Of a stretch of DNA of 64,000 nucleotides, positions 33,579 to 42,652 are shown piece by piece. The DNA comes from Candidatus Latescibacterota bacterium (lineage in GTDB: Bacteria > Latescibacterota > UBA2968 > SICM01). Position 1 is the stretch's first letter, and the number at the start of each line of letters is the position of its first letter. The DNA is taken from NCBI GenBank assembly GCA_965217865.1, contig CBDCJO010000002.1:2496001-2560000 (forward strand). The letters are read 5' to 3'. Both the position numbers and the translations under genes were made by a program. The notes under the pieces are model-generated. The model was not told where the DNA came from and did no database searches. It saw only the letters and a program-made list of their open reading frames with translations.

Positions 33579-34430
33579 ATGTCTTACTACACCGCCCTTG
33601 AGGATCTGTTCGAAGATGTGGTGGGAAAGTCCCTCCGGGGTCAAGGGCTTGCACAGCGGGATGTGGAGCAGCGGTCCGGGCTAAAGGCTGGGGATCTCGC
33701 TCGGATTACCGGGGGAGGATTCGTTCCTGATGATGCCCGGATTGTGGCACTGGCAAACATTCTCGGTCTGCACGGACAGCGGCTGGTCGATAGCGCCCGT
33801 TGTGCATGGTTTCCGAAAAACCCGGATGGGGCGATCGGAAACGCCAGGATCGGTGTTGATATGCTGGTCGTGGACGGATCCATGGTGATGAACAGCTATA
33901 TCTTTTGGGATCAGGAGACGAAGGAAGCGGCTTTCATCGATCCGGGGGACGAAGCGAATCGGCTCCTGGAATCGGTTCAAAGAAGAGGATTGAAACCGGT
34001 TCAAATCATGTTGACCCACGGCCACGGGGACCATACCGGGGCCCTGAGACAGGTGAAACAGAGATACGACATACCGACCACTATCAACGAAAGGGATCTT
34101 CCGTTGCTCGGGGGACTCCGGGCGCTGATCGATGAGACGATCGAGGAGGGATGGGAATCGAAGGTCGGCGGGCTGAATGTGCGGGCTATGGCCCTTCCGG
34201 GTCATACGGCCGGCGGAATCGGTTTTTCGACCGAGGATGTCCTTTTTTCCGGAGACGCTCTTTTCGCGGGTTCGATGGGCGGGACACGGAACCCGGACGC
34301 CTACGCCTCCCAGATTCGCGCCGTTCGCGATAAGGCGTTGAAGCTCCCAGAAGCGACAACGGTCTTTCCGGGTCACGGCCCCGCTTCGACGGTTGGAGAA
34401 GAGCGGAGACACAACCCATTCATTCTGTAA
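33579..34430 (+). CDS. MBL-fold metallo-hydrolase (glyoxalase II-like) with an N-terminal HTH-like domain
   Basis: THGHGDHTG, PGHTAG, FSGDALF, PGHGP, ERRHNPF. Confidence 0.88.
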   Translation: MSYYTALEDLFEDVVGKSLRGQGLAQRDVEQRSGLKAGDLARITGGGFVPDDARIVALANILGLHGQRLVDSARCAWFPKNPDGAIGNARIGVDMLVVDGSMVMNSYIFWDQETKEAAFIDPGDEANRLLESVQRRGLKPVQIMLTHGHGDHTGALRQVKQRYDIPTTINERDLPLLGGLRALIDETIEEGWESKVGGLNVRAMALPGHTAGGIGFSTEDVLFSGDALFAGSMGGTRNPDAYASQIRAVRDKALKLPEATTVFPGHGPASTVGEERRHNPFIL

Positions 34431-34446
34431 TCCAAGGTGAGGCACC

Positions 34447-35898
34447 ATGGTCACTGGCCGGGGGCTCACCCGGAAGGTCATTCGAGGAGGGGTCTGGAAC
34501 ACCGTCGGTTCATTTGGGGATCGGCTGCTCGGTCTGGTTCGAACCGTCATCCTTGCCCGGCTTCTGCTCCCTGCGGACTTTGGGCTTCTGGGAATCTCCC
34601 TCGCCACCATCGGGAGCCTCCAATCGATCACCCACCTTGGGATCGGCCCTGCTCTGATTCAGCGGCGGAAGGTCGATGCTCACGTCCTGAACACCGCCTG
34701 GGTACTTTCGATCCTCCGGGGCTTCCTGCTATGCATTATCCTGGTGATATCGGCCCCTTATGCCGCAAGCTTTTTTAATGAACCGAGGGTGATCCCGATC
34801 ATCCGATTTCTTGCCCTGAATCAATTTCTTATTGGTCTGCAAAGCATTGGTGTTTTTCTTCTTGAAAAAGAACTCGATTTTAAACGTCGTTCTCTCTTCA
34901 ACCTATTGGCCGGGGTCTTCACGACGGGGGTCTCGGTCATCGCCGCATTTATCCTTGGCAATGTCTGGGCCCTGGTTTGGGGTGAATTGGCAGGAGGCGC
35001 CATTCGGCTTGTCCTCTCCTATCATTTTCATCCCTTTCGACCCCGGATCCACCTAAATTTCCGAATTGCCCGAGAGCTTTTCAGCTACTGCAGGCATATC
35101 TTTGTTTTTCAGATCATTCTATATCTCCTGCTTCAGGGAGACGACCTTATCGTGGGCCGGTTCCTCGGGTCCGTTGCGCTGGGATACTACACGCTCGCAT
35201 ATCAGTTAGCCTGCTTGCCTGCCACCATGATCAGCGGTTCCATCTCCGGTGTTACTTTTCCAGCCTACGCAAAGCTCCAGGACAGCATCGATGATCTCCG
35301 GACTGCTTATCTGCGCACGGTTCGGCTTATCGGCTTTCTCACGATTCCTGCAGCCGGATTCCTGTTCATTTTTGCTACAGAGATCATCCAGGTGGTTTTT
35401 GGATCGCGTTGGCTTCCGATGGTCCCGGTTATGAGGGCACTTTGTTTCTTCGGCGTTTTCCGTTCCCTCAATACGACATTTGGGGCTCTCTTCCAGGGCA
35501 TTGGAAAGCCTGACCTCCTTAAAAAAATTACCTTCTGGCAACTTGTCTGGTTCGCTGTAATCGTCTATCCCTGCCTGATTCATCTGGGGTTCGTCGGGAT
35601 TGCTATCTCCATCACATCCGCCAGCCTTTTTGCCGCGCTGTTGGCTTCGAGAGGATTGAAGCGGTGGGTCCAGGTGGGATTAACTACGGTATTGGGCAGC
35701 TTGGCCGGACCTTTAATGTCAACCTTGCTTGCAGGAGCCGGGGGATATGCAGCCGCTCGCCTGTTCAACCTGGCATCAATAATTCCCCTATTTTCGGTCC
35801 TTTTGGGTTACTGTGTTCTCTATCTTGTTTCCATACGGATCATCAACCGCGGTCTCTTCCAAGAAGTCCAATCCCTCGTGAGGCAGGTGTTTGTGTGA
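34447..35898 (+). CDS. Wzx-like polysaccharide flippase (PST family)
   Basis: ILARLLLPADFGL, ALIQR, LGYYTLAY, many transmembrane helices. Confidence 0.88.
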   Translation: MVTGRGLTRKVIRGGVWNTVGSFGDRLLGLVRTVILARLLLPADFGLLGISLATIGSLQSITHLGIGPALIQRRKVDAHVLNTAWVLSILRGFLLCIILVISAPYAASFFNEPRVIPIIRFLALNQFLIGLQSIGVFLLEKELDFKRRSLFNLLAGVFTTGVSVIAAFILGNVWALVWGELAGGAIRLVLSYHFHPFRPRIHLNFRIARELFSYCRHIFVFQIILYLLLQGDDLIVGRFLGSVALGYYTLAYQLACLPATMISGSISGVTFPAYAKLQDSIDDLRTAYLRTVRLIGFLTIPAAGFLFIFATEIIQVVFGSRWLPMVPVMRALCFFGVFRSLNTTFGALFQGIGKPDLLKKITFWQLVWFAVIVYPCLIHLGFVGIAISITSASLFAALLASRGLKRWVQVGLTTVLGSLAGPLMSTLLAGAGGYAAARLFNLASIIPLFSVLLGYCVLYLVSIRIINRGLFQEVQSLVRQVFV

Positions 35899-35948
35899 GT
35901 CTCCAAAGTGGTCTAAAAAACAAGGGGACGAGACCAGGAGGTGACACC

Positions 35949-36899
35949 ATGGATGCCAGCGTTATCATCGCAACTTACAACCGAAAATCTCTCCTGGCCT
36001 CGTGTCTGTCTTCCATGGCAGAACAGGAATTTAACGGATCCTATGAGGTACTGGTGGTGGATGACGGGAGTACCGATGGGACCGAGGGGATGGTGGCGGA
36101 CTTTCTTCATCGCTACCCGGTGCCACTCTCCTACTTCCGCCAGAAGAACCAGGGGGAGGTAGCAGCTCGGAACAAGGGAATAGCACAAGCTCGCGGGGAA
36201 GTCATCGCATTTTTAGACGACGATCACGTTGCCACAAAGACCTGGCTTCAAGACATTTGCCGCTCTCTGGAGGACCGGGACGTGGGCGGGGTGAGCGGGC
36301 GTGGCCGGGCTGTGGCTGGACCTGAGCTGATCTCCAAATATCTCTGTTTCCACCGGATGCACGAGGCCCCGCAAATCGAGGGAGGTGAGGTTCTCTACCT
36401 TGTCCTGGGAAACTCAGCGTTCCGCCGTGAGGTGGTGGAGAAAGTCGGGCCGTTAGATGCGGCCTTTAACGCATTCTTCAAAGGGATAGCCGGGGGGGGT
36501 GAGGATACGGAGTTCTCAATCCGAATCAGGAAGATGGGATATCGCCTGGCTTACGATCCCCTGGCTGTAACAGACCACCATCAAAAAACCTCCTTTAAAG
36601 GCGTCATGAAAGAGCGATTCAATTTCGGCGTCAACCGTGTCCCGTGGTTCTTCGTGGAGGGGCGATCAATTTCATTGTTTCCTGTTATAGGACACATTTT
36701 CTGGATGATCTTTTCTCTGATCAACTGGCCTTTCCATCTGTGGCGATACAGAAAGGAGGGGTTGAGCCTTTTGGAAAGCATATTTTTTCCTGTAATAGAC
36801 AAAGTCTATGAGGTTGTCTATCACGTAGGAACCCTCTACGGAGTGGTTCGGATCAAGGGGTCGGTAAAGGCGGGGGTCGGAGGTCAGGAAAGGAAATAG
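35949..36899 (+). CDS. Glycosyltransferase family 2
   Basis: SVIIATYNR, VVDDGSTDGT, AARNKG, FLDDD, GGEDTEF. Confidence 0.9.
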   Translation: MDASVIIATYNRKSLLASCLSSMAEQEFNGSYEVLVVDDGSTDGTEGMVADFLHRYPVPLSYFRQKNQGEVAARNKGIAQARGEVIAFLDDDHVATKTWLQDICRSLEDRDVGGVSGRGRAVAGPELISKYLCFHRMHEAPQIEGGEVLYLVLGNSAFRREVVEKVGPLDAAFNAFFKGIAGGGEDTEFSIRIRKMGYRLAYDPLAVTDHHQKTSFKGVMKERFNFGVNRVPWFFVEGRSISLFPVIGHIFWMIFSLINWPFHLWRYRKEGLSLLESIFFPVIDKVYEVVYHVGTLYGVVRIKGSVKAGVGGQERK

Positions 36900-38140
36900 C
36901 AGAGTGAAAAATGCAAAATGGAAAATGAAACCCGTGGGTTGTTCCAATATTCAATTCTCCGATATTCAATATTCAATGACACTGTGACCATCCTCATCTC
37001 TTCAGCATCCTATGTCTTCTCGGACCATGTTCCGGGCGGTGAGTTTCAGGTGGCCTATGATCTGGTGAAGCGGCTTGCGCTAAGAGGTTACCGGATCCAC
37101 GTATTGGCCCCTATGGTTCGTCTGAATCAAGGGCTCCGCGGGGTCATTCCTCGGGAGATCGGTCCCTATGACCTCCTTGACCGCACTCACTACGCAACGT
37201 ATCAGTGGAGGTATTGGAGGTTCACCTGGAATTCTTATCGGGCGGCCAAAGCTATTGCATCCCGTGAAGCCATCGATGTGGTGCATCATATCCGACCCGC
37301 CTTCCCCGGACGGTTTAGTCTCTGCTGGCGACTCGACATTCCGTTTGTCTATGGGCCGATGAGTCTCCCAGTTGCGCCATCTCTACCCGACGGGGTGAAG
37401 GATGGGGGGGTCGTGAAAACGGACTTGCGGGATCGAATTGAAGGCAAGATGGCCGATCGATTAAATATGACGCTGGGAGGCTATCTCTGGAAAAAGACCA
37501 TGGAGAAGGCCGCCAGTATCCCGGTTTCCGTTTCCCTCACACGTTCCTTCCTGCCCCCAACTTGTGTGGACCGTTCTCCTTTGATCCCTCTGGGAGTAGA
37601 CACCCACGTTTTTAAACCCGGTGGACACGGGGATTCGAACACCGTGCTGTATGCCGGGAACCTGTTTCGGTCAAAAGGCCTCCAGTATCTTATAGAGGCA
37701 ATGCCCCGATTGGTGCGTTTTATACCCGGAGCACAACTCATCGTGGCGGGTGATGGACCGGACCGGGCTTTTTTTCATTCCCTGGCCGAGAAGCTGGGTA
37801 TGAGCGGCCGGATTCGATTCCTCGGGGCCGTCCCCTTCGACCGTATGCCTCCCCTTTACCAAAGCTGTTCGGTTTTCTGTCTTCCGACCCTTGCTGAAGC
37901 TTTTGGGGTCAGTCTGCTTCAGGCGATGGCTTCCGGGAAACCGGTGGTGGCCAGCCGGGTGGGAGGCGTTCCCCATTTTGTCGATGATGGTCGATCCGGG
38001 ATCCTGGTTGCCCCGGGGAATCCAGAAGAACTTGCTGAAGCCCTTCAGGCCCTGATATTAATATAAAGGCCCTCGTTGTCAGGAGAGGTTATAATTGAGA
38101 TCCGGATATCTCAATCACCTTTCTCCCACAGGAGGGCCTT

Positions 38141-39184
38141 ATGCAATACGCAAGGATCGACTCGAACTATTTCTGTGGCATCGATCTCCACGCCAGAACG
38201 ATGTTTGTCTGCATCATGGACAAGATGGGAGAGATTGTGTTCCAGCGCAACCTGAAAAACGACTTCAAGCTCCTGCTGCAGGTGCTGGAAACTCACCTCG
38301 GTAGCATCGCCGTCGGGGTGGAGTCAACCTTCAACTGGTACTGGCTGGCTGACGGGTGTCACAAGGCCGGGATTCCATTCTACCTGGGACACGCCCTGTA
38401 TATGAAGGCGATCCATGGGGGCAAGAAAAAGAACGACCGTCTCGATTCCAGAATGCTGGCTGAGCTGATGCGCTGCAACCTGTTCCCGATGGCCTATGCC
38501 TATCCGCAAGAGATGCGGGCAACCCGGGACCTGCTCCGGCGAAGACACCGGTTTGTGGCCTTACGGGCTGAGTGTTACACCCACATCCAGAACACCTTCT
38601 CTCAGCAAGCTATCCTGGATCCTCTCAGCGACCAGGTCAAAAAGAAGAGCAACAGGAGAAAGCTGTGCGAACGTCTGGCCGACCCAGATCTGAGTATGTC
38701 TGTGGACTGCGATCTGGACCTGGTTGACTCCCTGGACAAAATGATCTACAAAGTCGAGAAGCAAGTCTTGGCACAGGCCAAACATCACGATCGCAATGTC
38801 CTGTCTATCCTGATGACGGTTCCCGGACTTGGGGAGATGTTGGCCATGACCATCCTGTATGAAATCCACACGATTGAACGGTTCAAATCCGCTTCAGCCT
38901 TCTCCTCCTACAGCCGGCTGATCAAAGTCGAGAGAGAGTCCGCTGGAAAGAAGACAAAGGACGGGAATAACAAAATCGGCAACCCACACCTAAAGTGGGC
39001 CTTCTCAGAAATCATCCTCGTCGCCCAGCGATGGTCAGAACCGATCAATAGATACTACGAGAAGCTCAAAAGCAAACAAGGTCCGGGAAAAGCCAAGAGC
39101 GTCATCGCTCACAAATTCGGCGTGGCCGCCTACCAAATGCTCAAAAACGGCCAGGCATTCGACGAGAAACGGTTTGTAGCATAA
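38141..39184 (+). CDS. IS110 DEDD recombinase/transposase
   Basis: GIDLH, VESTFNWYW, KKKNDRLDS, TVPGLG, RESAGK, GNPHLKWAF. Confidence 0.92.
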   Translation: MQYARIDSNYFCGIDLHARTMFVCIMDKMGEIVFQRNLKNDFKLLLQVLETHLGSIAVGVESTFNWYWLADGCHKAGIPFYLGHALYMKAIHGGKKKNDRLDSRMLAELMRCNLFPMAYAYPQEMRATRDLLRRRHRFVALRAECYTHIQNTFSQQAILDPLSDQVKKKSNRRKLCERLADPDLSMSVDCDLDLVDSLDKMIYKVEKQVLAQAKHHDRNVLSILMTVPGLGEMLAMTILYEIHTIERFKSASAFSSYSRLIKVERESAGKKTKDGNNKIGNPHLKWAFSEIILVAQRWSEPINRYYEKLKSKQGPGKAKSVIAHKFGVAAYQMLKNGQAFDEKRFVA

Positions 39185-39185
39185 T

Positions 39186-39660
39186 GGGTGGGGCGGTTAA
39201 CCCGGCGCCTAACTGGCAGGGCAACGTCCGGACAATAGCCCAGCTCATCGGCTTGATTGGGAAGCCGCCTTCACCCCTTATTTAGAACATAGATGAGCGG
39301 ATCTGAGACAGTCAGTCCGTCTGCCCCCGCGATGAACCCGAACCTAACTGGCGTTCCCCCTCATAAAAGGGGAGAACAGCCATCCTTCTTGATTGGGACT
39401 CAAGGGGTACCGATTATTTTCTGGAGGGAGAGGACAATGCCTCTCCCAGGGCGCTCCACAGTATACCGTGAGAGGCGCTTGATTCCCGATACGTGTTTGG
39501 TGCAGATGGCTCACATCTAGCCCGGTTTGTGAAAATCAAGTCAGACCGACGACTGACAAAGATCCGAACATCGCCAAACCTCTTCGGATCGGCTCATTGC
39601 ACGCCCCGAACGTTAGGGTCGCAAAAAAACGGTGAAAATCGTGATGGAGGAGTCTTTTTT
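39186..39660 (+). ncRNA. Candidate bridge RNA / seekRNA
   Basis: Two homologous stem-loops with shared scaffold motifs (CCTAACTGGC, AGCC, CTTGATTGGGA) and differing inner segments, lying downstream of the transposase. Confidence 0.65.
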
Positions 39661-39885
39661 TCTTGACCCGGGGCCTTTAATATGTGTTAAGCGATCCGAC
39701 GCGCTGCCAGGAAACCGGTGAGTACAATCGACGGCTTTGCGTGGAACGATATAATTGGGATGTGGTTGTGGATCAAATCGAAGGGATTTACAGATCAGTT
39801 GTTTCATAACGGAAACGGGAATGAATTTTTCTTGACTTTTGGGCACGACAAGGGACAAACAATTTTTAAGGATCGTTGAGGTTCA

Positions 39886-40338
39886 ATGAACAAACGAAGA
39901 ATCCTTTATGTTTCGGAAGCGGATATATTCGGGGGGGCGGAAAGATATCTCCTGATGGTCCTGGAGGGGCTGGATCGAAAACGCTATGATCCAACCGTTG
40001 CGCTCCATCCGGAAGCACCGAGGCAATTGGTTGAAGAATTGGAAGCCCTTAAGGTTCCCCTTTGTTCCATCATCCCGATCCGGGGTAAGCGGGACTTTTT
40101 CAGTTTGATTATGCAGAGGGTGCTTTTCAAGGATAAAAAACCCGACATCGCCCTTATGTCTGAAGTATCCATTATTCCACTTTATGAAGAAATGCCTGAC
40201 TGGATAGAGGGGTTATCGTGTTTTCAAAGGGCCGGATTTGAGATCGCGGGACTGTTTCCCGTGGCTCGAGATTCACTTCGGATTGTTGAATACGATGTTA
40301 TCATGGTAAACGCCGGGCTCCAAAATCAATCGGGATAG
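39886..40338 (+). pseudogene. Chimeric ORF: GT4 N-terminus fused to an FkbM-methyltransferase-like C-terminus
   Basis: RILYVSEADIFGGAERYL..KPDI followed directly by SEVSIIPLYE..GFEIAGLFPVARD..VEYDVIMVN. Confidence 0.65.
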
Positions 40339-40363
40339 GCTCTACTCCTGAATAGGCGACAAT

Positions 40364-41917
40364 TTGGGAAAGCAAAAGATTGGGTTGCGTTCAAAGTTAA
40401 GCAAGATTAAAATCTGGGCGGCCCCTGGTCGGATAAGGCTCCGAGGGATTGTAATCCTGTTCGGCCTTCTGGGAACTCTGTCGTTAACTTCGCTGTTGCC
40501 CCCAGACGGGGACGGCGCCAATTACATCGTTTTGGCCGAAAGTCTTGCAAATGGCCGCGGCTATGTGAATACCGTCTTTCCCGGCGACCCCCCCGAGACT
40601 TTATACCCCCCGCTCCTTCCGCTTTTTCTGGCCCCCCTGGTTGGGCTGTTGGGTCACAACTATCTGATCCTCAAGCTGGTTCCGTTCGCCTTCGGGGCCG
40701 CAGCCCTAATCCCGATGTTTTTCCTTCTAAGAGTTCGTTGGGGCGACGACATGGCCCTTGTCGTGACTGTGCTCACGGCCGTCAACCCTTTCTACCTGAA
40801 CATTGCAACCAGCATCTTAAGTGAAACGGTCTATCTTTTCCTGACCCTCTGTGCCATGCTTGCCCTTAACCGTTCCGCCGAATCTGACGGGAGTTTGAAG
40901 GAATCGGTTAAGCCCGCCCTATTGATCGCTGCTTCATTTTACGCCCGGACGGTCGGGTTGACGCTTACCGTGGCATCCGGCCTTTATCTGCTTTTGCAGC
41001 GAAGGTTCAGATGGGCGTTTGTGTTGGTGATCATTCAACTGGTTTTAATCGGTTGGTGGGGATGGCGGAGCGTCCAGGTAGACAGCCCCTACATCGGCCT
41101 CCTGCTGAAGCCCAACGAAGACACGTCCGTGGCCGGGGTCGCCTCCAAATGGTTGGGTCTCGTAATACACAATATCCCTCGATATGCTGGAAAGGTGATG
41201 GCCGATCTGGCGGGAGGCCCCTTTGTCGCGCTGATCGACCCGTACCATCCCGTCAAAGTAGGCGCGAGTTTAACTCTTTCCCTCCTGTTTATCGTGGGAT
41301 TCATTAAGGATCTTCGAGATCGTGTCTCTCTGGAGGGGGTTTATCTGTTGATCTACCTGGGCGTACACAGTTTGTGGCCCTATCACCATGCCCGGTTTCT
41401 GATCCCGATCCTCCCGTTTATTCTTGCGTACTCGATCTCCGGTCTGGAAACCCTGCTGGGGGCTTGGCCCCATGTGCGCGACCGGGCACGATACGGGATG
41501 GTTATGTTCCTGGGAATTGTGGGTCTTTCCGGGTGCATCACCCTGATCTATCACAACCGGACGGACTTCTACTTTCCCGAGATGAAGAGCTACCGGGAGG
41601 CGTGTCTCTGGATCAAGTCCAATACACCTCCCGATGCCGTCGTTGTTTGCCGAAAACCGAGGATGGCAGCCTTATGGTCGGACCGAAAAGCGTGGTGGTA
41701 CACAGGTGGGCGTGAAGCGGAAGAATTCGTTGAGAATGTCCGAAGAATAAAGGGGTCTCACGTCATCGTGAATAACTTCCGGATCTCCGGAGTGAACCTG
41801 GCAGAATCTTTCGAAGGGGTTTTAAAAGGATATCCCGGGGTTTTTCAGCCTGTCTATCATACCGAACTGCCCCGGGTTCTGGTCTACGAGATCAACTTCA
41901 GTAAAGAGAACCAATAG
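40364..41917 (+). CDS. GT-C fold glycosyltransferase (ArnT/PMT-like)
   Basis: DGANYIVLAESLANGRGY, YPPLLP, ILSETVYL, ARFLIPILPF, WIKSNTPPDAVV. Confidence 0.82.
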   Translation: MGKQKIGLRSKLSKIKIWAAPGRIRLRGIVILFGLLGTLSLTSLLPPDGDGANYIVLAESLANGRGYVNTVFPGDPPETLYPPLLPLFLAPLVGLLGHNYLILKLVPFAFGAAALIPMFFLLRVRWGDDMALVVTVLTAVNPFYLNIATSILSETVYLFLTLCAMLALNRSAESDGSLKESVKPALLIAASFYARTVGLTLTVASGLYLLLQRRFRWAFVLVIIQLVLIGWWGWRSVQVDSPYIGLLLKPNEDTSVAGVASKWLGLVIHNIPRYAGKVMADLAGGPFVALIDPYHPVKVGASLTLSLLFIVGFIKDLRDRVSLEGVYLLIYLGVHSLWPYHHARFLIPILPFILAYSISGLETLLGAWPHVRDRARYGMVMFLGIVGLSGCITLIYHNRTDFYFPEMKSYREACLWIKSNTPPDAVVVCRKPRMAALWSDRKAWWYTGGREAEEFVENVRRIKGSHVIVNNFRISGVNLAESFEGVLKGYPGVFQPVYHTELPRVLVYEINFSKENQ

Positions 41918-42018
41918 AGATTGGTGGGGGTTTTTCGCGGTTATGTGTGGATGATCCATTTTGGTTGCGACTGAGCCAAGCGAAACCCGCGATAGCCAAT
42001 ATGACTTTCAACAGAACT

Positions 42019-42050
42019 CCCCTCTCCCGGCACCCGGGAGAGGGGTGCCG
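42019..42050. repeat. CCCCTCTCCC palindromic repeat, copy 2
   Basis: Same core as the copy at 3367. Confidence 0.7.
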
Positions 42051-42251
42051 CGCTTTCCGGATCGAGATGGTTGCTGCCGAGCGAAACGAAATTATTTGAT
42101 TCAAGGTGATGGGGCACACAATCTTATTCCCGGTCCGGTCCGATAAAAAAATAGAACTAAAGTTGTAAAAATAGAGGGGATGTGATCTGGGTCACCATAT
42201 CCGGGATCACGATTTGTTAGTTTTATTCGCGGACGGATTTTTGAATGGGAC

Positions 42252-42280
42252 TTGATATTTTAACCATCTTCTTTTATATT
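42252..42280 (+). promoter_or_regulatory. Sigma70-like promoter
   Basis: TTGATA-N17-TATATT. Confidence 0.5.
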
Positions 42281-42308
42281 CTAAAAAGTCATAATTAGCA
42301 ATAAAGGG

Positions 42309-42340
42309 GCTCGTCGGGAGACCGGCGAGCCATTTTATTT
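42309..42340 (+). terminator. Intrinsic terminator-like hairpin
   Basis: GCTCGTCGG-GAGA-CCGGCGAGC followed by CATTTTATTT. Confidence 0.6.
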
Positions 42341-42586
42341 AGACCCTTCCAGAAAATCAATTAATACCAAGAAGTTTAAAAAAATATTAAGATTGTGATA
42401 GGGGTCACTTCTTAATCAAGATCAATCGCTTATCTTAGGAATACAATGGCCGAGTTAGGCGATCGAATTTTAACCAAAAATTGCTGTAAAAGGTTGCTAA
42501 ACTTCAACCGATTTTGAAACATTATTGAGCTGAACGAAATTTTGTAATTTGATTCTGAGAAACAAGTTGCAATCCTTTCACGATTT

Positions 42587-42601
42587 TGGTACAGGAATTG
42601 C
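42587..42601 (+). promoter_or_regulatory. Sigma54 (-24/-12) promoter
   Basis: TGGTACAGGAATTGC (GG-N10-GC), ~50 bp upstream of the repeat-protein start. Confidence 0.65.
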
Positions 42602-42652
42602 GATAGTTTAATTACGAATAATTGAAAGAATAGCGCAGAGACAATCTGGAGA

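Larger units (their letters stand above)
38055..39686 (+). mobile_element. IS110/IS1111-family element, complete
   Basis: Sub-terminal inverted repeats TAAAGGCCC (38064) / GGGCCTTTA (39671); only a TG dinucleotide is shared at the ends; long 3' non-coding end. Confidence 0.88.
36918..39809 (+). pseudogene. Glycosyltransferase family 4 split by IS110 (36918-38054 plus 39687-39809)
   Basis: KGLQYLIEA, EAFGVSLLQAMASGKPVV; removing the IS restores EALQAL|LSDPTRC..RYNWD..IY*. Confidence 0.88.
42105..42409. promoter_or_regulatory. Three CRP/FNR-family-like binding sites
   Basis: GGTGA-N6-ACACA (42105), TGTGA-N6-TCACC (42181), TGTGA-N6-TCACT (42394). Confidence 0.55.

Noticed and set aside
39293-39520. 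75-aa ORF in the IS110 right end
   Set aside because: No recognisable protein features; it overlaps the structured RNA modules, which explain the sequence better.
39686-39692. attC core (GTTRRRY) at the IS110 target
   Set aside because: GTTAAGC lies inside the GT4 coding sequence with no matching inverse core, so it is probably chance.
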